From Macrostomum lignano (lineage: Eukaryota): DNA of 64,000 nt. The notes below the pieces were generated by a model, which searched no databases, was not told where the DNA came from, and saw only the letters and a list, made by a program, of their open reading frames with translations. The position numbers and the translations under genes were made by a program. Below, piece after piece: positions 12,501 to 24,200 of the stretch. Each line of letters begins with the position of its first letter. The first letter of the stretch is position 1. The stretch lies in assembly GCA_002269645.1 (NCBI GenBank), contig NIVC01000838.1, positions 124,001 to 188,000 of the forward strand, written 5' to 3'.

Positions 12501-15500
12501 CTGGTCGGTGCTGCTTCCTCTGGCGGCTGCTTTGACTCGACACGCTTTCCAACCTCGTCCGTGGAAACCTGTGGCTTCTCGACCTCAGCTGCAGGAGCTT
12601 CTGACTTTGGAGTCTCGTCCGGTTGTACGCCATCTTCCTTGTCAACGACAGCCGCGGCCAGAAGAGCGTCTCTATCTGACGCTTGCTTCTTGTAAGAATC
12701 CAACGCACCGTCGAGGCGTTCCATCGATCCGGGTGTTGCACCACTCGACAGCAGAGCCCGTGCCATTCCGACAGATGTCAGCACCGACTCGTCATACAGT
12801 CCAGACGCCTTCAACTTGTTCAGCCTCGAGATCATCAGCTCCGTCACAGCCGCGCTGGTCGGTGCTGCTTCCTCTGGCGGCTGCTTTGACTCGACACGCT
12901 TTCCAACCTCGTCCGTGGAAACCTGTGGCTTCTCGACCTCAGCTGCAGGAGCTTCTGACTTTGGAGTCTCGTCCGGTTGTACGCCATCTTCCTTGTCAAC
13001 GACAGCCGCGGCCAGAAGAGCGTCTCTATCTGACGCTTGCTTCTTGTAAGAATCCAACGCACCGTCGAGGCGTTCCATCGATCCGGGTGTTGCACCACTC
13101 GACAGCAGAGCCCGTGCCATTCCGACAGATGTCAGCACCGACTCGTCATACAGTCCAGACGCCTTCAACTTGTTCAGCCTCGAGATCATCAGCTCCGTCA
13201 CAGCCGCGCTGGTCGGTGCTGCTTCCTCTGGCGGCTGCTTTGACTCGACACGCTTTCCAACCTCGTCCGTGGAAACCTGTGGCTTCTCGACCTCAGCTGC
13301 AGGAGCTTCTGACTTTGGAGTCTCGTCCGGTTGTACGCCATCTTCCTTGTCAACGACAGCCGCGGCCAGAAGAGCGTCTCTATCTGACGCTTGCTTCTTG
13401 TAAGAATCCAACGCACCGTCGAGGCGTTCCATCGATCCGGGTGTTGCACCACTCGACAGCAGAGCCCGTGCCATTCCGACAGATGTCAGCACCGACTCGT
13501 CATACAGTCCAGACGCCTTCAACTTGTTCAGCCTCGAGATCATCAGCTCCGTCACAGCCGCGCTGGTCGGTGCTGCTTCCTCTGGCGGCTGCTTTGACTC
13601 GACACGCTTTCCAACCTCGTCCGTGGAAACCTGTGGCTTCTCGACCTCAGCTGCAGGAGCTTCTGACTTTGGAGTCTCGTCCGGTTGTACGCCATCTTCC
13701 TTGTCAACGACAGCCGCGGCCAGAAGAGCGTCTCTATCTGACGCTTGCTTCTTGTAAGAATCCAACGCACCGTCGAGGCGTTCCATCGATCCGGGTGTTG
13801 CACCACTCGACAGCAGAGCCCGTGCCATTCCGACAGATGTCAGCACCGACTCGTCATACAGTCCAGACGCCTTCAACTTGTTCAGCCTCGAGATCATCAG
13901 CTCCGTCACAGCCGCGCTGGTCGGTGCTGCTTCCTCTGGCGGCTGCTTTGACTCGACACGCTTTCCAACCTCGTCCGTGGAAACCTGTGGCTTCTCGACC
14001 TCAGCTGCAGGAGCTTCTGACTTTGGAGTCTCGTCCGGTTGTACGCCATCTTCCTTGTCAACGACAGCCGCGGCCAGAAGAGCGTCTCTATCTGACGCTT
14101 GCTTCTTGTAAGAATCCAACGCACCGTCGAGGCGTTCCATCGATCCGGGTGTTGCACCACTCGACAGCAGAGCCCGTGCCATTCCGACAGATGTCAGCAC
14201 CGACTCGTCATACAGTCCAGACGCCTTCAACTTGTTCAGCCTCGAGATCATCAGCTCCGTCACAGCCGCGCTGGTCGGTGCTGCTTCCTCTGGCGGCTGC
14301 TTTGACTCGACACGCTTTCCAACCTCGTCCGTGGAAACCTGTGGCTTCTCGACCTCAGCTGCAGGAGCTTCTGACTTTGGAGTCTCGTCCGGTTGTACGC
14401 CATCTTCCTTGTCAACGACAGCCGCGGCCAGAAGAGCGTCTCTATCTGACGCTTGCTTCTTGTAAGAATCCAACGCACCGTCGAGGCGTTCCATCGATCC
14501 GGGTGTTGCACCACTCGACAGCAGAGCCCGTGCCATTCCGACAGATGTCAGCACCGACTCGTCATACAGTCCAGACGCCTTCAACTTGTTCAGCCTCGAG
14601 ATCATCAGCTCCGTCACAGCCGCGCTGGTCGGTGCTGCTTCCTCTGGCGGCTGCTTTGACTCGACACGCTTTCCAACCTCGTCCGTGGAAACCTGTGGCT
14701 TCTCGACCTCAGCTGCAGGAGCTTCTGACTTTGGAGTCTCGTCCGGTTGTACGCCATCTTCCTTGTCAACGACAGCCGCGGCCAGAAGAGCGTCTCTATC
14801 TGACGCTTGCTTCTTGTAAGAATCCAACGCACCGTCGAGGCGTTCCATCGATCCGGGTGTTGCACCACTCGACAGCAGAGCCCGTGCCATTCCGACAGAT
14901 GTCAGCACCGACTCGTCATACAGTCCAGACGCCTTCAACTTGTTCAGCCTCGAGATCATCAGCTCCGTCACAGCCGCGCTGGTCGGTGCTGCTTCCTCTG
15001 GCGGCTGCTTTGACTCGACACGCTTTCCAACCTCGTCCGTGGAAACCTGTGGCTTCTCGACCTCAGCTGCAGGAGCTTCTGACTTTGGAGTCTCGTCCGG
15101 TTGTACGCCATCTTCCTTGTCAACGACAGCCGCGGCCAGAAGAGCGTCTCTATCTGACGCTTGCTTCTTGTAAGAATCCAACGCACCGTCGAGGCGTTCC
15201 ATCGATCCGGGTGTTGCACCACTCGACAGCAGAGCCCGTGCCATTCCGACAGATGTCAGCACCGACTCGTCATACAGTCCAGACGCCTTCAACTTGTTCA
15301 GCCTCGAGATCATCAGCTCCGTCACAGCCGCGCTGGTCGGTGCTGCTTCCTCTGGCGGCTGCTTTGACTCGACACGCTTTCCAACCTCGTCCGTGGAAAC
15401 CTGTGGCTTCTCGACCTCAGCTGCAGGAGCTTCTGACTTTGGAGTCTCGTCCGGTTGTACGCCATCTTCCTTGTCAACGACAGCCGCGGCCAGAAGAGCG

Positions 15501-18500
15501 TCTCTATCTGACGCTTGCTTCTTGTAAGAATCCAACGCACCGTCGAGGCGTTCCATCGATCCGGGTGTTGCACCACTCGACAGCAGAGCCCGTGCCATTC
15601 CGACAGATGTCAGCACCGACTCGTCATACAGTCCAGACGCCTTCAACTTGTTCAGCCTCGAGATCATCAGCTCCGTCACAGCCGCGCTGGTCGGTGCTGC
15701 TTCCTCTGGCGGCTGCTTTGACTCGACACGCTTTCCAACCTCGTCCGTGGAAACCTGTGGCTTCTCGACCTCAGCTGCAGGAGCTTCTGACTTTGGAGTC
15801 TCGTCCGGTTGTACGCCATCTTCCTTGTCAACGACAGCCGCGGCCAGAAGAGCGTCTCTATCTGACGCTTGCTTCTTGTAAGAATCCAACGCACCGTCGA
15901 GGCGTTCCATCGATCCGGGTGTTGCACCACTCGACAGCAGAGCCCGTGCCATTCCGACAGATGTCAGCACCGACTCGTCATACAGTCCAGACGCCTTCAA
16001 CTTGTTCAGCCTCGAGATCATCAGCTCCGTCACAGCCGCGCTGGTCGGTGCTGCTTCCTCTGGCGGCTGCTTTGACTCGACACGCTTTCCAACCTCGTCC
16101 GTGGAAACCTGTGGCTTCTCGACCTCAGCTGCAGGAGCTTCTGACTTTGGAGTCTCGTCCGGTTGTACGCCATCTTCCTTGTCAACGACAGCCGCGGCCA
16201 GAAGAGCGTCTCTATCTGACGCTTGCTTCTTGTAAGAATCCAACGCACCGTCGAGGCGTTCCATCGATCCGGGTGTTGCACCACTCGACAGCAGAGCCCG
16301 TGCCATTCCGACAGATGTCAGCACCGACTCGTCATACAGTCCAGACGCCTTCAACTTGTTCAGCCTCGAGATCATCAGCTCCGTCACAGCCGCGCTGGTC
16401 GGTGCTGCTTCCTCTGGCGGCTGCTTTGACTCGACACGCTTTCCAACCTCGTCCGTGGAAACCTGTGGCTTCTCGACCTCAGCTGCAGGAGCTTCTGACT
16501 TTGGAGTCTCGTCCGGTTGTACGCCATCTTCCTTGTCAACGACAGCCGCGGCCAGAAGAGCGTCTCTATCTGACGCTTGCTTCTTGTAAGAATCCAACGC
16601 ACCGTCGAGGCGTTCCATCGATCCGGGTGTTGCACCACTCGACAGCAGAGCCCGTGCCATTCCGACAGATGTCAGCACCGACTCGTCATACAGTCCAGAC
16701 GCCTTCAACTTGTTCAGCCTCGAGATCATCAGCTCCGTCACAGCCGCGCTGGTCGGTGCTGCTTCCTCTGGCGGCTGCTTTGACTCGACACGCTTTCCAA
16801 CCTCGTCCGTGGAAACCTGTGGCTTCTCGACCTCAGCTGCAGGAGCTTCTGACTTTGGAGTCTCGTCCGGTTGTACGCCATCTTCCTTGTCAACGACAGC
16901 CGCGGCCAGAAGAGCGTCTCTATCTGACGCTTGCTTCTTGTAAGAATCCAACGCACCGTCGAGGCGTTCCATCGATCCGGGTGTTGCACCACTCGACAGC
17001 AGAGCCCGTGCCATTCCGACAGATGTCAGCACCGACTCGTCATACAGTCCAGACGCCTTCAACTTGTTCAGCCTCGAGATCATCAGCTCCGTCACAGCCG
17101 CGCTGGTCGGTGCTGCTTCCTCTGGCGGCTGCTTTGACTCGACACGCTTTCCAACCTCGTCCGTGGAAACCTGTGGCTTCTCGACCTCAGCTGCAGGAGC
17201 TTCTGACTTTGGAGTCTCGTCCGGTTGTACGCCATCTTCCTTGTCAACGACAGCCGCGGCCAGAAGAGCGTCTCTATCTGACGCTTGCTTCTTGTAAGAA
17301 TCCAACGCACCGTCGAGGCGTTCCATCGATCCGGGTGTTGCACCACTCGACAGCAGAGCCCGTGCCATTCCGACAGATGTCAGCACCGACTCGTCATACA
17401 GTCCAGACGCCTTCAACTTGTTCAGCCTCGAGATCATCAGCTCCGTCACAGCCGCGCTGGTCGGTGCTGCTTCCTCTGGCGGCTGCTTTGACTCGACACG
17501 CTTTCCAACCTCGTCCGTGGAAACCTGTGGCTTCTCGACCTCAGCTGCAGGAGCTTCTGACTTTGGAGTCTCGTCCGGTTGTACGCCATCTTCCTTGTCA
17601 ACGACAGCCGCGGCCAGAAGAGCGTCTCTATCTGACGCTTGCTTCTTGTAAGAATCCAACGCACCGTCGAGGCGTTCCATCGATCCGGGTGTTGCACCAC
17701 TCGACAGCAGAGCCCGTGCCATTCCGACAGATGTCAGCACCGACTCGTCATACAGTCCAGACGCCTTCAACTTGTTCAGCCTCGAGATCATCAGCTCCGT
17801 CACAGCCGCGCTGGTCGGTGCTGCTTCCTCTGGCGGCTGCTTTGACTCGACACGCTTTCCAACCTCGTCCGTGGAAACCTGTGGCTTCTCGACCTCAGCT
17901 GCAGGAGCTTCTGACTTTGGAGTCTCGTCCGGTTGTACGCCATCTTCCTTGTCAACGACAGCCGCGGCCAGAAGAGCGTCTCTATCTGACGCTTGCTTCT
18001 TGTAAGAATCCAACGCACCGTCGAGGCGTTCCATCGATCCGGGTGTTGCACCACTCGACAGCAGAGCCCGTGCCATTCCGACAGATGTCAGCACCGACTC
18101 GTCATACAGTCCAGACGCCTTCAACTTGTTCAGCCTCGAGATCATCAGCTCCGTCACAGCCGCGCTGGTCGGTGCTGCTTCCTCTGGCGGCTGCTTTGAC
18201 TCGACACGCTTTCCAACCTCGTCCGTGGAAACCTGTGGCTTCTCGACCTCAGCTGCAGGAGCTTCTGACTTTGGAGTCTCGTCCGGTTGTACGCCATCTT
18301 CCTTGTCAACGACAGCCGCGGCCAGAAGAGCGTCTCTATCTGACGCTTGCTTCTTGTAAGAATCCAACGCACCGTCGAGGCGTTCCATCGATCCGGGTGT
18401 TGCACCACTCGACAGCAGAGCCCGTGCCATTCCGACAGATGTCAGCACCGACTCGTCATACAGTCCAGACGCCTTCAACTTGTTCAGCCTCGAGATCATC

Positions 18501-18580
18501 AGCTCCGTCACAGCCGCGCTGGTCGGTGCTGCTTCCTCTGGCGGCTGCTTTAAAGCTTTTTCGGAAGATTTTCTTTCCAT
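590..18580 (-). CDS. Giant intronless tandem-repeat protein of unknown family (~5997 aa if three 1-nt deletions are repaired); seen as ORFs 11609-18580, 11418-11705, 10495-11472 and 590-10621
   Basis: The four same-strand ORFs overlap and join by three -1 shifts. All array units are multiples of 3 (354, 273, 294 bp) and keep the frame. The three repeat families share a protein core, and the two spacer domains are homologous at the protein level. The ATG at 18580 follows an in-frame TAA two codons upstream. Confidence 0.75.
1050..4476 (-). repeat. Coding tandem array 3: 294-bp (98-aa) unit, 12 cores
   Basis: Periodicity of 294 seen directly (shadow ORFs at 1246, 1540, 1834 ...). One unit is 291 bp (variant near 3690). 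Point variants lie near 2226 and in the 4400-4435 copy. Confidence 0.95.
4480..5600 (-). other. Unique spacer domain copy A2 (~370 aa) of the giant protein
   Basis: Non-repetitive, AT-richer and fully open. Motifs YWSG, IQCALCRIP, TWQKY and DFDTTKTYILSTGVW match copy A1. Confidence 0.8.
5610..10506 (-). repeat. Coding tandem array 2: 273-bp (91-aa) unit, 18 copies
   Basis: Shadow ORFs every 273 bp from 5741 to 10382. Translated units are identical. Confidence 0.95.
10510..11610 (-). other. Unique spacer domain copy A1 (~365 aa), interrupted by indels
   Basis: Motifs YWHG, IQCSLLRIP, TWKKF and DFDHTRNYILSTGLW align with A2. Confidence 0.75.
11616..18551 (-). repeat. Coding tandem array 1: 354-bp (118-aa) unit, ~19.6 copies
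   Basis: Shadow ORFs every 354 bp. Units look identical except for one missing C near 11707 in the last copy (gccattcgac vs gccattccgac). Confidence 0.95.
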
Positions 18581-18738
18581 TGCTTTTTAGCTTTTTAATG
18601 CAAAGCAACGGTATTATAAAATCCGTATAGTTTGGTTACTTCAAGGAACATGTTTTAGACTTGTTATCTTGTGGCGTTGAAGTTAAATAACGTAATTTTT
18701 GGCCATAAAAATTAACGATGAATGTTGATTAGGAAAGG

Positions 18739-18746
18739 CTTTTATA
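18739..18746 (-). promoter_or_regulatory. Possible TATA box (TATAAAAG) about 160 nt upstream of the giant-ORF ATG
   Basis: Motif match only, in AT-rich DNA. Upstream ATGs lie between it and 18580. Confidence 0.2.
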
Positions 18747-19989
18747 AATTATGGCTCAGAGATCAAGCGCGACTTTTAGCGGTTGCGGCCTACATGTAAC
18801 CATAGACACTACTATATATGTAGGAGATTGCGTGTTTTTCAAACATTCCTATGCCTTGAGTCTTAGGAAGTGTTGTGTAGGGACCACACAGCATGCCGTG
18901 GTTGACTACAGAGAATTGAGCTAACACAGAGCGCCAATATTTGTATTTTAAGCCGAAGCCAAAATCCCAATTCCTCAGTCTCCTACTTCTCGACCATCGG
19001 CAAGAAGTCAAAAAGATAGGAGTACGAGTATATAGGGTATACAAAGCATTCATGCAATCTATTTCTTAATATGGAAGTATCAAGAAATTTAATGGGCTGA
19101 AGAAACTACAGATGTCCGTTCATTTATTCAATGTGTAGTGAGGCATCTGTCGTATTTGAAAATATCGTAAAAAGAACCGACTCGACATATAACAATCGGC
19201 TTTAAAGTTTGGGAAATTATGCTACAAATACTCGCAGACACAGGTAATAAATTAGTAAGTCGTTGAATTGCAAATATTTGTTTCTAGCCAGACCGACGGA
19301 GGAACTCTTCGACTGCGACTGGCTGTGTGTTGAGACCGTCTCATTGAACAAATTCAGCCGCTGAAGGCTATGCTGGAGCATTGGAAACCAGGCACTAAGC
19401 TGTATATAATGGAGAGGGCAAAGCCACAACGTACACCTGTCAATTATTCAATATGTCAGGCTGTGTGACTTTATAAACGCATCTTTTCGTCATTCAAGAC
19501 CCATTCTTTAGCCGCAGAATGCCGAATTGTCCTATGCTGCCAGCTACGAGTATTCGCTCGATATGCGCAAATAGACTACTAACGATGAGAAGCCTGTAAG
19601 TAGTTATACTAAATAAATAAACGCTAGAAAAGTACAAGAAAGTGTTTCGAAAGTTTAGACACATGCTAAACGTTTGTTCTCTTAATTGGTTCGCACTAAA
19701 TGAACAGGAAAAAAACTAGAGATAAGTATGTAAAATAGGAATAATAATTATTAGTTGGCCGAGAACAAGCATCTTTGAGGGCGGAGATAACGGTTTCGCT
19801 AAAACATAGTCAAATTTTGAAATTAATTGTGACGTTCGACACAAAGAAGCTTTTATATAAATGCGAGGCATTTAAAACATTTTTCGTTCAACAAAAAACA
19901 GAGTTCAAGATTTTTAGGTGGATGGATTTAGCAGGTTTAGGCTCGGTTTAGAAGGCTCAAGATTGAGGTGGTTCATGGGTTCAGTAGGT

Positions 19990-21145
19990 TCCAGGATCAG
20001 TGGGTTCAGGGATCAGTGGGTTAAGAGATCAGTGGGTTAAGAGATCAGTGGGTTCAGGGATCAGTAGGTTCAGGGATCAGTGGGTTCAGGGATCAGTTGG
20101 ATAAGAGATCAGTGGATTAAGAGATCAGTGGGTTCAGGGATCAGTAGGTTCAGGGATCAGTGGGTTCAGGGATCAGTGGGCTCAGGGATCAGTGGGTTCA
20201 GGGATCAGTTGGATAAGAGATCAGTGGATTAAGAGATCAGTGGGTTCAGGGATCAGTAGGTTCAGGGATCAGTGGGTTAAGAGATCAGTGGGTTCAGGGA
20301 TCAGTGGGCTCAGGGATCAGTGGGTTCAGGGATCAGTTGGATAAGAGATCAGTGGATTAAGAGATCAGTGGGTTCAGGGATCAGTGGGTTCAGGGATCAG
20401 TGGGTTAAGAGATCAGTGGGTTCAGGGATCAGTGGGTTAAGAGATCAGTGGGCTCAGGGATCAGTGGGCTCAGGGATCAGTGGGTTCAGGGATCGGTGGG
20501 TTCAGGGATCAGTGGGTTAAGAGATCAGTGGGCTCAGGGATCAGTGGGCTCAGGGATCAGTGGGTTCAGGGATCGGTGGGTTCAGGGATCAGTGGGTTAA
20601 GAGATCAGTGGGTTCAGGGATCAGTGGGTTAAGAGATCAGTGGGCTCAGGGATCAGTGGGTTAAGAGATCAGTGGGTTCAGGGATCAGTGGGTTCAGGGA
20701 TCAGTGAGTTCAGGGATCAATGGGTTCAGGGTTCAGTGGGTTCAGGGATCAGTGGGCTCAGGGATCAGTGAGTTCAGGGATCAGTGAGTTCAGGGATCAG
20801 TGGGTTCAGGGTTCAGCGGGTTCAGGGATCAGTGGGCTCAGGGATCAGTGAGTTCAGGGATCAGTGAGTTCAGGGATCAGTGGGTTAAGGGATCAGTGGG
20901 CTCAGGGATCAGTGAGTTCAGGGATCAGTGAGTTCAGGGATCAGTGGGTTAAGGGATCAGTGGGCTCAGGGATCAGTGGGTTCAAGGATCAGTGGGTTCA
21001 AGGATCAGTGGGCTCAGGGATCAGTGGGCTCAGGAATCAGTGGGTTCAAGGATCAGTGGGCTCAGGGATCAGTGGGCTCAGGGATCAGTGGGTTCAGGGA
21101 TCAGTGGGTTCAGGGATCAGTGGGCTCAGGAATCAGTGGGTTCAT
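19990..21145. repeat. 16-bp minisatellite (GGGATCAGTGGGTTCA)n downstream of the epsilon-tubulin stop
   Basis: Direct periodicity, about 70 copies. Confidence 0.95.
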
Positions 21146-21224
21146 ATGGTTCAAATTCAAGCGTGTTCATATTTCAGAAAGCTAAATTTTTCAAAGTTTA
21201 GAAGGCTCAATAGGTTCAGGTGAC

Positions 21225-24200
21225 TCAGGAGGCGATCTTCAGCCGAGGCAAAGGCGGCTCAGCCGAGGCCCCGGCCGCGTGGCGCCTCTCTAGAGCTGCG
21301 TAGTCCTCGCGCAGATCGTTGAGCGAAGCGAATGCGGAATCGAAGGTGGCGGCCTCAAAGCCGTCAACCTGCGCGGGCGAGGAAGCGAATAACGGAGAAA
21401 AGATATTTTAGAATTATGTAAGGCCGAAATTGTTACCAATATTTCCGATTGACTACTCATGACTCAATAATTATTTCACATGACTCAGTTCTGTATGATC
21501 CTCAATTACTGAAATACTCGTAACCCGGAACGATCCCAGACTACTGAAATGACTCAGAATCGTCTCAGGTGGCTAAGAAGGATCCATAAAGCTCAAATGA
21601 TGCAGAACCAAACTGGCTGGCTCAAACGGATTCCCAGCTGACTCAAACGGATTCCCAGCTGACTCAAACAGATTCCCAGCTGACTCAAACAGATTCCCAG
21701 CTGACTCAAACGGATTCCCAGCTGACTCAAACAGATTCCCAGCTGACTCAAACAGATTCCCAGCTGACTCAAACAGATTCCCAACTGACTCAAACAGATT
21801 CCCAGCTGACTCAAACGGATTCCCAGCTGACTCAAACAGATTCCCAGCTGACTCAAACGGATTCCCAGCTGACTCAAACGGATTCCCAACTGACTCAAAC
21901 AGATTCCCAGCTGACTCAAACAGATTCCCAGCTGACTCAAACAGATTCCCAGCTGACTCAAACGGATTCCCAGCTGACTCAAACAGATTCCCAACTGACT
22001 CAAACAGATTCCCAGCTGACTCAAACGGATTCCCAGCTGACTCAAACGGATTCCCAGCTGACTCAAACAGATTCCCAGCTGACTCAAACAGATTCCCAGC
22101 TGACTCAAGCAGATTCCCAACTGACTCAAACAGATTCCCAGCTGACTCAAGCAGATTCCCAGCGGACTCAAACAGATTCCCAGCTGACTCAAACGGATTC
22201 CCAGCTGACTCAAACGGATTCCCAGCTGACTCAAACAGATTCCCAGCTGACTCAAACAGATTCCCAACTGACTCAAGCAGATTCCCAACTGACTCAAACA
22301 GATTCCCAACTGACTCAAGCAGATTCCCAGCTGACTCAAGCAGATTCCCAGCTGACTCAAACAGATTCCCAGCTGACTCAAACAGATTCCCAGCTGACTC
22401 AAACAGATTCCCAACTGACTCAAACAGATTCCCAGCTGACTCAAACAGATTCCCAGCTGACTCAAACAGATTCCCAGCTGGCTCAAGCAGATTCCCAGCG
22501 GACTCAAACAGATTCCCAGCTGACTCAAACGGATTCCCAGCTGACTCAAACGGATTCCCAGCTGACTCAAACAGATTCCCAGCTGACTCAAACAGATTCC
22601 CAACTGACTCAAGCAGATTCCCAACTGACTCAAGCAGATTCCCAACTGACTCAAGCAGATTCCCAGCTGACTCAAGCAGATTCCCAGCTGACTCAAACAG
22701 ATTCCCAGCTGACTCAAACAGATTCCCAGCTGACTCAAACAGATTCCCAACTGACTCAAACAGATTCCTAGCGGACTCAAACAGATTCCCAGCTGACTCA
22801 AACAGATTCCCAGCTGTCTCAAACAGATTCCTAGCGGACTCAAACAGATTCCCAGCTGACTCAAACAGATTCCTAGCGGACTCAAACAGATTCCCAGCTG
22901 ACTCAAACAGATTCCCAACTGACTCAAACAGATTCCCAGCTGACTCAAACAGATTCCCAGCTGACTCAAACAGATTCCTAGCGGACTCAAACAGATTCCC
23001 AGCTGACTCAAGCAGATTCCCAGCTGACTCAAACAGATTCCCAGCTGACTCAAACAGATTCCTAGCGGACTCAAACAGATTCCCAGCTGACTCAAGCAGA
23101 TTCCCAGCTGACTCAAGCAGATTCCCAGCTGACTCAAGCAGATTCCCAGCTGACTCAAGCAGATTCCCAGCTGACTCAAACAGATTCCTAGCGGACTCAA
23201 ACAGATTCCTAGCTGACTCAAGCAGATTCCCAGCTGACTCAAACAGATTCCTAGCGGACTCAAACAGATTCCCAGCTGACTCAAACAGATTCCTAGCGGA
23301 CTCAAACAGATTCCCAGCTGACTCAAACAGATTCCTAGCGGACTCAAACAGATTAGCTGCAAACCTGCCTGGGTATAGTGATGCAGATGCGCCCTCCGCT
23401 TATAGAGCCGGCTGAACCTGTCCCCGAGCAGGTGCAGGCTGGCCCCAATGGCAGTGTTGTTGGCCAGACTGAGCAGCGCGAACTGCTGCCCAGCCGGGGG
23501 CACGGCGCAGTGCCCGATCTTCCAGCAGTCCGGATTCCAGTCCGCGAATGCCAGCCGATTTCCCAGCCGATCGACGCAGCGCCGGACGTCGCTTAGATCG
23601 ATTCGACCCCGCAGCAGGAGGGCGCAGGCCAGGTAGAGATGCGCCCGCGGCTCGGCCGAGAACAACTGAGCCTCCTTGCCGAACGACTCGTTGAATGCCT
23701 GATCCGGCCGCCTGGGCGGCAGGGCCGGGGACAGCGGACTCTGCGCGGCCAGCAGGTAGTGCAGGCGGGGGAACGGCACCAGGTTCATGCTGATCTCGTT
23801 CAGATCCACGTTCAGCGTGCCGGAGAAGCGGGCGGAAGCCGTGAGGTTCAGCAGCAGGTTGGCCACTATGCTGTTCATCGCGTCGAATGGCTTGGCGTCC
23901 TTCTGTTTAGGGTTGGAGTTGGAGTTGGAGTGAGCGCTTTCTAGTGTGCTTCTTGACGCATCCTTCCGCTCTCTCCCAGCTCCCAATCCTCAGTTATCCG
24001 CTCTCTCCCAGCTCCCAATCCTCAGTTATCCGCTCTCTCCCAGCTCCCAATCCTCAGTTATCCGCTCTCTCCCAGCTCCCAATCCTCAGTTATCCGCTCT
24101 CTCCCAGCTCCCAATCCTCAGTTATCCGCTCTCTCCCAGCTCCCAATCCTCAGTTATCCGCTCTCTCCCAGCTCCCAATCCTCAGTTATCCGCTCTCTCC

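Noticed and set aside
948-18630. Long plus-strand ORFs 948-4541, 5592-10649 and 11713-18630, plus the many 68-90-aa periodic ORFs
   Set aside because: Antisense or off-frame shadows: one stop-free unit repeated in multiples of 3 gives a long ORF. Products are Ser/Ala/Cys-rich and the three arrays share no conserved pattern on this strand, unlike the minus strand.
21593-23368. ICLSQLG heptad extension of tubulin in ORF 21593-23986
   Set aside because: It is read-through into the 21-bp intronic minisatellite. The true C-terminus is encoded by the exon at 21368-21225.
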